NCBI GenBank assembly: GCA_048940645.1
Contig: JBHLOI010000083.1
Location: forward strand, 1-11,952
Direction of reading: 5' to 3'
Length of the DNA: 11,952 nucleotides
DNA from: Promethearchaeota archaeon
GTDB lineage: Archaea; Asgardarchaeota; Lokiarchaeia; Sigyniarchaeales; SOKP01
Positions 1 through 7,097 of the stretch are shown in pieces. How positions within the stretch are numbered: the first letter of the stretch is position 1; each line of letters begins with the position of its first letter. The notes under the pieces are model-generated. The model had not been told where the DNA came from and ran no database searches. It saw only the letters and a program-made list of their open reading frames with translations. The position numbers and the translations under genes are program-made.

Positions 1-69
1 TCTACTAATAATTTTAATGATTGTGGTGTGGAACGCTAATATGTTGTTTGTTTAACCTAAATATAGGGA

Positions 70-1587
70 TTAGAGGTTTAAAGTCTGTCCATCTTTTAGA
101 AGAATAGCATTTTCAAACTTTTCTCCAAACCATTGAGGATTCTCTGTATGCACTGGAATTATAACATCTGGATCAATTCTTTCAATTGCCCATCTAATTT
201 CACTCTGAGATAAATGTCCAGAAGCGTGAAAACCTCTGACAAAATCTGGTTTTAACTTTCCATTTTGTTCAATTATTTCAAAACCATGGATTTCAAATCC
301 AAAGTGTTTAAGCCAGTTATTTAATCTTATAAAATCAAACTCTGATTCTTCTTCAAATGCTTCACTCGAGGAATAAATATAAGTACCCTTTACGGGTTTA
401 ATATCAAGCAGATTCTTTACATCAAAGAACGAGAAACATAATAGGTACTGTTCAGGATTTTTGGATATCTCCAGAGGATCAATTAAATTAATGTCCCTCT
501 CATTTTTGAGAAGATAATGTTCCCATCCTTTTGGTCTTACTTTTAACATCTTATATATTAACATATCTTTTGTTCTATTTAATCCATCAACTTTCTCAAG
601 TGCTTTAAGCAAATAGGCATCTTTTGTTGTAATAATTAATTTTCTCCCTACTTTTTTAGCTATCTCTTGAAAGGTTTCAAGTCTTTCAAAATTTCTTGCG
701 GTAAAATCAGCAATTACTAAGTCTTTAGACATCTCAACGAGCTTAAGGCAATTTTGATGAATAATTTCTTCGGGTTCATTAAAATCTTTCTTTATAGCTC
801 TTGTTCCTTCAATTATTAAAACCGAAGCGCTTTTTGCATTTTTTATGAAGTTATTACTGAATTCTGATTTCTTGCCATGAAGTCGAAAATCACCCGAATA
901 GGCAACGGTATTTTCTCCACTAATTATATATGCAGTAGCACCGTATATTGAATGGTCTACTTCAAAGGCTTTAATTTTAAAAGGTGTTGAAAATTCTTTC
1001 AATACGCACAAATCTCCTTTTTCAAATTCCTTTTTTGTAAAACGAATTGATAAAAAATCATCTAAAGTAAGTGGAAAATCACTTGTACTGAAAAATTCTC
1101 TACAATAAACAGTTTTTTTATCAGTTTTTAGAATTCTATCGTCCTCTGCTCTGATTTTTTTAGTAAAGTAAGCAACTTCATTATTCAAGGTAGCTATTGA
1201 ACAATCACGTATAGCTTTTAACAACACTATACTAGTTGGTGACGCGACAATGGGTATTTTTTCATCAAGTAAAGAAATATTTCCAAAATGATCCATGTGG
1301 GAATGACTTAATAAAACAGCATCAATATTTAATGATGGAAAACTGGAAATGTCTAAATCAGAAGGAATTAAATCTCTTCTATAATTCTTCAATTTAGGAA
1401 TTAACTTTAGTTGAATAAGGTCGTAAATGCCTCGTGAATAACGTTCTTGTAAATATTGTTGAAAATAGTCCCGATACTTTTTAAAATTCATTCCAAAATC
1501 GAGAAATAGTCCATGATTTTGCTCATGTAAATATATTTTATTTCCGCCAATAGTTTTAGTTCCATCATATACGGTAATTGATGTCAT
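70..1587 (-). CDS. Metallo-beta-lactamase-fold beta-CASP ribonuclease (RNase J-like)
   Basis: 505-aa ORF with MBL/beta-CASP motifs in the expected order: IGGN, LDFG, HSHMDH (HxHxDH), VDHS, YSGDFR, IIEGT, HASGH, IPVH. The subfamily cannot be fixed without a search. Confidence 0.88.
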   Translation of the reverse strand: MTSITVYDGTKTIGGNKIYLHEQNHGLFLDFGMNFKKYRDYFQQYLQERYSRGIYDLIQLKLIPKLKNYRRDLIPSDLDISSFPSLNIDAVLLSHSHMDHFGNISLLDEKIPIVASPTSIVLLKAIRDCSIATLNNEVAYFTKKIRAEDDRILKTDKKTVYCREFFSTSDFPLTLDDFLSIRFTKKEFEKGDLCVLKEFSTPFKIKAFEVDHSIYGATAYIISGENTVAYSGDFRLHGKKSEFSNNFIKNAKSASVLIIEGTRAIKKDFNEPEEIIHQNCLKLVEMSKDLVIADFTARNFERLETFQEIAKKVGRKLIITTKDAYLLKALEKVDGLNRTKDMLIYKMLKVRPKGWEHYLLKNERDINLIDPLEISKNPEQYLLCFSFFDVKNLLDIKPVKGTYIYSSSEAFEEESEFDFIRLNNWLKHFGFEIHGFEIIEQNGKLKPDFVRGFHASGHLSQSEIRWAIERIDPDVIIPVHTENPQWFGEKFENAILLKDGQTLNL

Positions 1588-1736
1588 TCTTACAAGTTAT
1601 TAATCGTTTACTTATTTTATAATCTTTTTTAAAATAAAATCAAAAACCCCTCGGTTAAGAATTTTTAAATAGCACTTAACCTTAATATTTATTTGTCGAT
1701 TAATAATACAATTATAGAAGTAGATAAGAAAATAGA

Positions 1737-2189
1737 ATGATGTTTTCAAATATGGAAGACTATGAAAGACGGATCAACGAACTGACTAGGCAAATTTCAG
1801 AATTACAGAATCAAGTTTATCAGTTAAAGACATTAATTAGTGAAAAAGATAATCAGATCAATCAATTATATAACGAAAATCAGCAAGCGAAAGCTCAAAT
1901 ACAGAGTCTTCAGCAACAGGCAAGTCAATCTCCTTATTATAACCAACAACCATTACAAGAACCAACACAACAACAATCAGCACAAATTCCGGTTGTTGAT
2001 CAAACAGCAAAATCTATCATAACTTCTAGTAATGAAACAATTACTCTTAATAAAAGAGAATGCCCCAAATGTGGAGCCTTTGGATTTGCTATTAAGGAAG
2101 TTGAAGATAAGTCTCGGTTACTTAGTTATATTCCTCGGAGGATTTATGCTAAAAAGCATGTTTGCACTAAATGTTTTTATGAGTGGTAA
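1737..2189 (+). CDS. Hypothetical protein: N-terminal coiled coil, Q-rich linker, C-terminal Cys4 zinc ribbon
   Basis: Heptad-like L/I pattern at about aa 8-60 (YERRINELTRQISELQNQVYQLKTLISEKDNQINQL), then a Gln-rich segment, then CPKC-x30-CTKC-FYEW*. Alternative ATGs at 1740 and 1752. Confidence 0.85.
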   Translation: MMFSNMEDYERRINELTRQISELQNQVYQLKTLISEKDNQINQLYNENQQAKAQIQSLQQQASQSPYYNQQPLQEPTQQQSAQIPVVDQTAKSIITSSNETITLNKRECPKCGAFGFAIKEVEDKSRLLSYIPRRIYAKKHVCTKCFYEW

Positions 2190-2318
2190 ATTATTCTATA
2201 TATAGAAAAAGTTTGTAATTAGCGGTTATAAACCTCTTCATTTGCTCAGATCGCGTTTGCTTATTATATTTTCTATTACTTAGTCTTCTATTTAATGTAA
2301 TAATCTTAGTTCTATTTC

Positions 2319-2325
2319 TTAAATA
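2319..2325 (+). promoter_or_regulatory. Candidate TATA box for the csp gene
   Basis: TTAAATA lies about 85 nt upstream of the csp ATG and about 33 nt upstream of a hairpin. The AT-rich background makes this weak. Confidence 0.3.
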
Positions 2326-2357
2326 TTTATTTGGAATGGTTACTTTTTACTTATTTG

Positions 2358-2384
2358 TGAGTACATTAATCAAGTATGTACTCA
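2358..2384 (+). promoter_or_regulatory. Perfect 9-bp inverted repeat upstream of csp (5'-UTR hairpin or operator)
   Basis: TGAGTACAT (2358-2366), 9-nt spacer, ATGTACTCA (2376-2384); ends 22 nt before the ATG at 2407. Confidence 0.6.
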
Positions 2385-2406
2385 ATTTGTTCATTAGGTT
2401 TTTTCA

Positions 2407-2658
2407 ATGGTAAAAGGAACAGTAAAATGGTTTGACCGCCGTAAAGGCTATGGTTTTATTACTCGAGACGATGGAAAAGCTGATGTATTTGTACATTATT
2501 CAGCTATTGAAGGTGAAGATGAATTTAAAGCCATCTATGAGGGTGATAAAGTAGAATTTGATATAACTGAAGGATCTAAAGGTCCTCAAGCGAGTAATTT
2601 AAAAATTACAGAAAAAGCGCCTCGACCGAGTTTTAAACCCCAAAGAAAGCGTTATTAA
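2407..2658 (+). CDS. cspA: Cold-shock domain protein (CspA family) with a basic C-terminal tail
   Basis: KGTVKWF, RNP1 KGYGFI, RNP2 VFVHYS, EGDKVEF and KGPQA are canonical CSD motifs. Extra tail [15 protein letters not shown]. Confidence 0.95.
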   Translation: MVKGTVKWFDRRKGYGFITRDDGKADVFVHYSAIEGEDEFKAIYEGDKVEFDITEGSKGPQASNLKITEKAPRPSFKPQRKRY

Positions 2659-2748
2659 TTAGATCTAATTAATAAAGTAAGAGTAAAAACAAAAGGAATT
2701 TTCAGAAAAGGTAAAATGGTTTCTTACAACTTTTTTATGATTTACTGA

Positions 2749-2790
2749 TTTTTCCATCTTTTTTTTATTATTTTTTTTTATCTTTTTTCT
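2749..2790 (+). terminator. Oligo-T tract, candidate archaeal-type intrinsic terminator for csp
   Basis: Several consecutive T runs (TTTTTCCATCTTTTTTTTATTATTTTTTTTTATCTTTTTTCT) about 90 nt after the csp stop. Confidence 0.45.
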
Positions 2791-2973
2791 CGATAAAAAT
2801 AAAGTCAAAATGAGTTTACCTTCAATTTGACTTAAAAGTTAATATGAAGTTCACTATTTTAAACTACTTAAGGAACTATTCTTAGATTTTAATGAAGATT
2901 TAATAAAAATTTAAAATAAAAAACTAATAAACTTCCTTATTAATAAACATAAGAGTAAAAAGTGGTAAAGAGT

Positions 2974-3777
2974 TTAGAGAAGTCCATCAATCTCTTTGAG
3001 TGTACGAGGGGCAGAACGGTAAAATTTTATGGCAGGATATCCAATAATAAATACTCCAACCCTCTTTCCATTTATATTAGCCAACTTTTTTATGTTAGGG
3101 TTACTATTCATTGCTATTTGAGTCCATCCATTCCAACATGTACCTAAACCTAGCGATTGAGCTGCTAAGCGTCCATATGTAACGATAATTCCAATATTAT
3201 TCATTTCTACCTCATGAGTATAAGGAGAACTTACAAAAATAACATGAGGGGCATCAAAATAAATAGGGCTGCGGAAAACTTTACCTAAAAGATAAAAAAG
3301 TTTCCCATATTGTTCATTCATATATTCATCTTTTAACAACTCTTCAATTACAGCATCATTCAGTCTTTTTATCTGATCAGGATCTGAGAGAATAGAAAAG
3401 GTTTCTGATCTTGCATTGTCACCTGTAGGAGCGTGACTCATAGCAGCAAATACTGAGCGTAAGAGCTCATTAGGTACTTTCTTTTTTCTAAAACGCCTGA
3501 TTGAACGATGTGCGCGCATAAAATTATAAAGAGAATCGTAGGATAGAATGGTATCTGGTTTGCCCACACCCTCAAATTCGGACGCTTCTCCCATATTTTC
3601 ATATAAAATCGCATTTTCAGGGCACTCTGCTACGCATCGTCCGCATAAATTGCAAAAATTCTGTGGATCCTTATAATCAATCTTTTTTGTTTCTTGGTTA
3701 TATCTGAATAATATACAAGTTTGTGAGCAGATCTTACAATTATTACATTTTTGGTAATCAATTCCTATAATTGACAT
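2974..3777 (-). CDS. Nitroreductase family protein with N-terminal 2x[4Fe-4S] ferredoxin domain
   Basis: CNNCKICSQTC and CNLCGRCVAECP ferredoxin motifs, followed by nitroreductase motifs HRSIRRF, APTGDN and AAQSLGLGTCW. Confidence 0.92.
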   Translation of the reverse strand: MSIIGIDYQKCNNCKICSQTCILFRYNQETKKIDYKDPQNFCNLCGRCVAECPENAILYENMGEASEFEGVGKPDTILSYDSLYNFMRAHRSIRRFRKKKVPNELLRSVFAAMSHAPTGDNARSETFSILSDPDQIKRLNDAVIEELLKDEYMNEQYGKLFYLLGKVFRSPIYFDAPHVIFVSSPYTHEVEMNNIGIIVTYGRLAAQSLGLGTCWNGWTQIAMNSNPNIKKLANINGKRVGVFIIGYPAIKFYRSAPRTLKEIDGLL

Positions 3778-3895
3778 AATTATTTTTTATTTTAAACATA
3801 AATGCAATAGTTAAGAGAAGAAATAATTATTAAAATAATATGTTTTTTATTTGAAAGGTTTCTAGTAAAATAATAATAGCTAATTTAATTATGTT

Positions 3896-5119
3896 CTATC
3901 TCCATTGAGCAGCACATTGTCCACATTGATATTTCTTGGCATAAATCTTTGGATAAGCATAAATTAACCGTGTTTTATCATCTATTTCTCTAATTTGTGC
4001 TTTATTGTTATTTCCGCACTTTGGGCATTGCCACTTACGTATAACTTCTCCTTCTTCTGATTCTCCTATTTCACCTGATTTCAAAATAAGGTCAGGAGTA
4101 TCATCAATTTTAGTAGATATTATTTCACTTTCCTTCTCAAATTCTTTCAGGTTCTGCTGCTCCATTTCGAATACGTTTACTTCATGGGCAGTTTCGGAGA
4201 TTTTTATTGATTTAGTAATCTTAGGTTTTAGTATTTGTTCTTCTTTTTTATCATGAAGTTGCAGCGCTGTAATTGTTTTTGCCAATAAAATTGAATCTTT
4301 TTCTCGAAGTTCTTGATTTTTTTTCTGTAAATCTTCAATTTGCCGATTTAAATCTGATATTTTAGATTCATACTTGAACATTTTGAGCTTTTCTCTCTTT
4401 AACGCATCTAATTTTTCGGTTAAATTTCGATTTTCCTCTTCTAGTTCAGAATTATTCTTTTTTAAAGTATCAACAATCCGGTCCAAACTTTCTGTAGAAT
4501 CTTTTTTAGTTCTTAACGTTTCTAAATCTTCCTTAAGTAATTTATTTGTATTCTCAAGTCTTGATATTTTTTGTTCAAGGCTAAAAACCTCATTTTTTAA
4601 TTCTTCATTGATAGGGCTTTCAGATTTTACTCCTGTTAAGGCTTGAGTACTTTGTTCAATTTCTTCTTCTAGCTTAAAAAGTCGATTCTTTAATGATTTA
4701 TTCTCATTTTCTAATTTTCCATAATCTTGAATTAGAGTATTTAAGGAATTTTGAGTTCGTGATAACATCTCATCTTTAATTGTATCAGATAAATTTTCTT
4801 TTACTTCATCTAATTCCAGAGTCAAATCTTCTACTTTATTTTGTAATTGCTCCTTTTCATCATTTTTTTGCTCCAATTTTTGGGTAAGGGTTGAAATCAT
4901 GTCCTTCAAAATTTTAATCTCTTCTGATTCACTTCGTTCCTCAATATGCTTAACAGGTTCAATTTTCAATGAGGCTTTTTGAGCTTCAAGTTTATTTTTT
5001 AACTTAGTAACTTCAAACTTTAATTTTTCAATTGTTTTTTCCAAATACGCTCTGGATTGTTGTTCTTCTTCAGCCTCATCAATCAAATCTTTTAAATCTC
5101 TACTCATTGCATTCCTCAC
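3896..5119 (-). CDS. Hypothetical long coiled-coil protein with C-terminal Cys4 zinc ribbon
   Basis: About 280 aa of E/K/L-rich heptad sequence, an acidic linker, then CPKC-x30-CGQC-AAQWR*. The start may be the ATG at 5107 (MSRDL) rather than the GTG at 5119. Confidence 0.87.
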   Translation of the reverse strand: MRNAMSRDLKDLIDEAEEEQQSRAYLEKTIEKLKFEVTKLKNKLEAQKASLKIEPVKHIEERSESEEIKILKDMISTLTQKLEQKNDEKEQLQNKVEDLTLELDEVKENLSDTIKDEMLSRTQNSLNTLIQDYGKLENENKSLKNRLFKLEEEIEQSTQALTGVKSESPINEELKNEVFSLEQKISRLENTNKLLKEDLETLRTKKDSTESLDRIVDTLKKNNSELEEENRNLTEKLDALKREKLKMFKYESKISDLNRQIEDLQKKNQELREKDSILLAKTITALQLHDKKEEQILKPKITKSIKISETAHEVNVFEMEQQNLKEFEKESEIISTKIDDTPDLILKSGEIGESEEGEVIRKWQCPKCGNNNKAQIREIDDKTRLIYAYPKIYAKKYQCGQCAAQWR

Positions 5120-5304
5120 AGATATAATTTGAAAAATCCAATTCCTCTACAATTAATTATTTTCTTTATTAAAAAATTTAAGTAGTTTCCTATTGTAATT
5201 TTTAATAGATATATAATCTCAAGGTTCTTATTTCTTAATTCTAAATATTGGTTTAAATATTAACTAAGAAAAAGGTTAAAGAATTAATAAATATAGTTCA
5301 CTAT

Positions 5305-6249
5305 TTAATCACTTTTAAGAAAAACGCTTAAATTTCGCGGGAAAACTTCTAAATAGTTAACAAAATCACAGTCCTCTATTTTCTTTTTAGTTTCCGAGGG
5401 AAGATTATCAATAGTTCTTCCATTTAAAAGCAATTTTGTTTCCTCTTCTGTAAAAATAGGTCCAGGTTCGATCCAATTTTTGACTTTCTTATTAGCAGGA
5501 CATATTTTCTGACAATGAAGGCACCCAACAAGACAATTATGCCAAGAAGGGTCAAGCCAATCTGGAAAAGGAACTCCTTCTGGTTGTTCATTATGATATG
5601 TAATACACCGCTCAACCCGCAAAAGGAAACGATCGGTTGGAATTGCTCCTGTTGGACATTTGCGGATACATGCAGAACATTCCTTACACAAATCCATCAT
5701 TTGGAGATCTTGCCAGTTACCATCTTCAATGGGAAAATCTGAATAAAAGGCTGTTAATCGATGAAAGCTACCCATTTCTGGCAGATAAGTAATATTATTT
5801 CTCCCATATTCCGCTAAACCACTCCGCACGGCTAAGGTTTTTAGGGGTAGAATGGCATAAGCTATGTTATATCCTGCTGGTTTGAAAATTTCACTTAAGA
5901 ATTTTGTCATTTGGTCAATAATTTCGCGACCATATAAATAAGTTGGTGGAATAATTAAGGAAATCTTTTTTTTATTCCAGTAGAAAATCGTTTCTGTTTG
6001 AGGCTGAGGAATTGCTATGATAAGAAGAGAATTTATTCGAGCAAAATCTACTTCTGCTTCAAACTCAAAATATGCTTTATATTCATTATATAAGGGGGGA
6101 TAAATAAGATTTTGTTCATGATGCTTTCTGATATCATTCCGTAAATCTGGAATATGTTCTGCATGAACAATTTGCCCTTGATAGCCTTTAGCTTCTAAAC
6201 TCTTATGAAAACGTTTGATTAATCTATTTTCATTCATTATGACTGCCAC
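5305..6249 (-). CDS. QueG/reductive-dehalogenase-superfamily 2x[4Fe-4S] protein (epoxyqueuosine reductase-like)
   Basis: LPLKTLAVRSGLAEYGRNN, GSFHRL, CKECSACIRKCPTGAI, RCITY and GCLHCQKICP follow the QueG-like layout. The start may be the ATG at 6237. Confidence 0.8.
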   Translation of the reverse strand: MAVIMNENRLIKRFHKSLEAKGYQGQIVHAEHIPDLRNDIRKHHEQNLIYPPLYNEYKAYFEFEAEVDFARINSLLIIAIPQPQTETIFYWNKKKISLIIPPTYLYGREIIDQMTKFLSEIFKPAGYNIAYAILPLKTLAVRSGLAEYGRNNITYLPEMGSFHRLTAFYSDFPIEDGNWQDLQMMDLCKECSACIRKCPTGAIPTDRFLLRVERCITYHNEQPEGVPFPDWLDPSWHNCLVGCLHCQKICPANKKVKNWIEPGPIFTEEETKLLLNGRTIDNLPSETKKKIEDCDFVNYLEVFPRNLSVFLKSD

Positions 6250-6328
6250 CCATTTATGTTATTCCAATAATTTTTGAAAACTTATAGATTTACTTGAAAT
6301 TTCCTTAAATTAATTGAATCAATCCAGA

Positions 6329-6808
6329 TTATATTGCAATTGTAGGGTCATCTTTTACAGTCTTAAAGGCTATAACTGATAACATATTCTTAATCCCAGG
6401 GATATGGCTGATTTCTTTTGTGATATCATGCAATACAAGATTATTTTCTACTTTAACTTTTATTAAAATATCCCATTCTCCAGCAATTTCGTGTACTTCC
6501 ATTACTTTTGACCACTTAGCAATTTCATCCGCAAAATCACAACAGTCAGTATCAATTTGAAGGCTTATTTTGATCCAAGCTGTTGTAGATTTACCCAATG
6601 CCGCAGGATCAACTAAAGGAACTATCCCACGTATTACTCCTGCTTTTTTCATTTGTTTAATTCGGGAAAACACTGTTGATGGAGGTATTCCAATTTTTTT
6701 TGCGAGAGTTCTATAACTTATACTAGCATCTTTCTGATATTCTTTTAAAATACGTTTATCAAGATCATCAATTAATTTAGTTTGGACAATATTCATTTTT
6801 TCTATCAA
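6329..6808 (-). CDS. Lrp/AsnC family transcriptional regulator
   Basis: N-terminal HTH (IDDLDKRILKEYQKDASISYRTLAKKIGIPPSTVFSRIKQMKKAGVI) and C-terminal RAM domain (EVHEIAGEWDILIKV). TTG start at 6808 or ATG at 6796. Confidence 0.95.
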   Translation of the reverse strand: MIEKMNIVQTKLIDDLDKRILKEYQKDASISYRTLAKKIGIPPSTVFSRIKQMKKAGVIRGIVPLVDPAALGKSTTAWIKISLQIDTDCCDFADEIAKWSKVMEVHEIAGEWDILIKVKVENNLVLHDITKEISHIPGIKNMLSVIAFKTVKDDPTIAI

Positions 6809-6826
6809 TTACTAGATATTATCTAT

Positions 6827-6840
6827 AATATTTAAATATT
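6827..6840. promoter_or_regulatory. Palindromic (bidirectional) TATA box, copy 1
   Basis: AATATTTAAATATT is a perfect 14-bp palindrome that reads TTTAAATA on both strands, about 20-30 nt from the lrp start codons. Confidence 0.6.
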
Positions 6841-6861
6841 TTGGAACAATGACCAAAATAT
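6836..6861. promoter_or_regulatory. Operator-like inverted repeat, copy 1
   Basis: ATATTTTGG-N8-CCAAAATAT with perfect 9-bp arms, overlapping the edge of the TATA palindrome. Confidence 0.5.
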
Positions 6862-7060
6862 AATGTTGTTTGAAGCGTATCAATAAAAAATAAAAAAAAG
6901 TAAAAATTATGCTAAAAACTTATGTATACCGGATTCTGAATTATAATAATATCAGAAACTCTTACTTTCTTACCTTTATTCATCCCTTTTGCCTCCATAT
7001 TTTCTATTTTTTATTTTTTTATTTAATTTTTTCAATGGTTTATTATTATTTCTTGATTTT

Positions 7061-7097
7061 TTTATTTATTTTAGACCATGTTCATTTTCTCTATCAA
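7061..7097 (-). pseudogene. Relic of the first ~12 codons of an lrp copy
   Basis: Reads (TTG)IEKMNMV* compared with (TTG)IEKMNIVQ in the intact gene; the Gln codon CAA has become TAA. Similarity ends at about 7061. Confidence 0.55.

Larger units (their letters stand above)
6772..6874. repeat. Direct repeat copy 1 (lrp 5' end and promoter)
   Basis: Matches 7061-7163 at offset 289 without gaps. By manual count, 6792-6847 vs 7081-7136 is 54/56 identical and 6792-6874 vs 7081-7163 is 73/83. Confidence 0.92.

Noticed and set aside
1840-2022. 60-aa alternative-frame ORF inside the Zn-ribbon gene
   Set aside because: Fully nested out of frame in a better-supported CDS; its N/K/H bias is a shadow of the CAA-rich linker.
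2221-2237. Small hairpin AGCGGTT-ATA-AACCTCT after the Zn-ribbon gene
   Set aside because: Short, mismatched stem with a 3-nt loop; too weak to call a terminator or ncRNA.
2962-3147. 61-aa + strand ORF
   Set aside because: Antisense to the conserved C-terminus of the nitroreductase; no motifs.
4005-4646. Two + strand ORFs (4005-4256 and 4374-4646)
   Set aside because: Ser/Phe/Leu-rich antisense shadows of the E/K-rich coiled-coil gene.
3896-5119. SMC/Rad50 or myosin-like annotation for the long coiled coil
   Set aside because: No Walker A/B, ABC signature, hinge or motor domain. The CPKC is part of a terminal four-Cys ribbon, not a central Rad50 zinc hook.
5424-5742. Short ORFs 5424-5615 (-) and 5515-5742 (+)
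   Set aside because: Nested within or antisense to the QueG-like gene; no independent support.
6882-7025. A-rich and T-rich flanks as terminal inverted repeats of a MITE
   Set aside because: The complementarity is low-complexity and gapped, with no clear target-site duplication and no transposase in the window.
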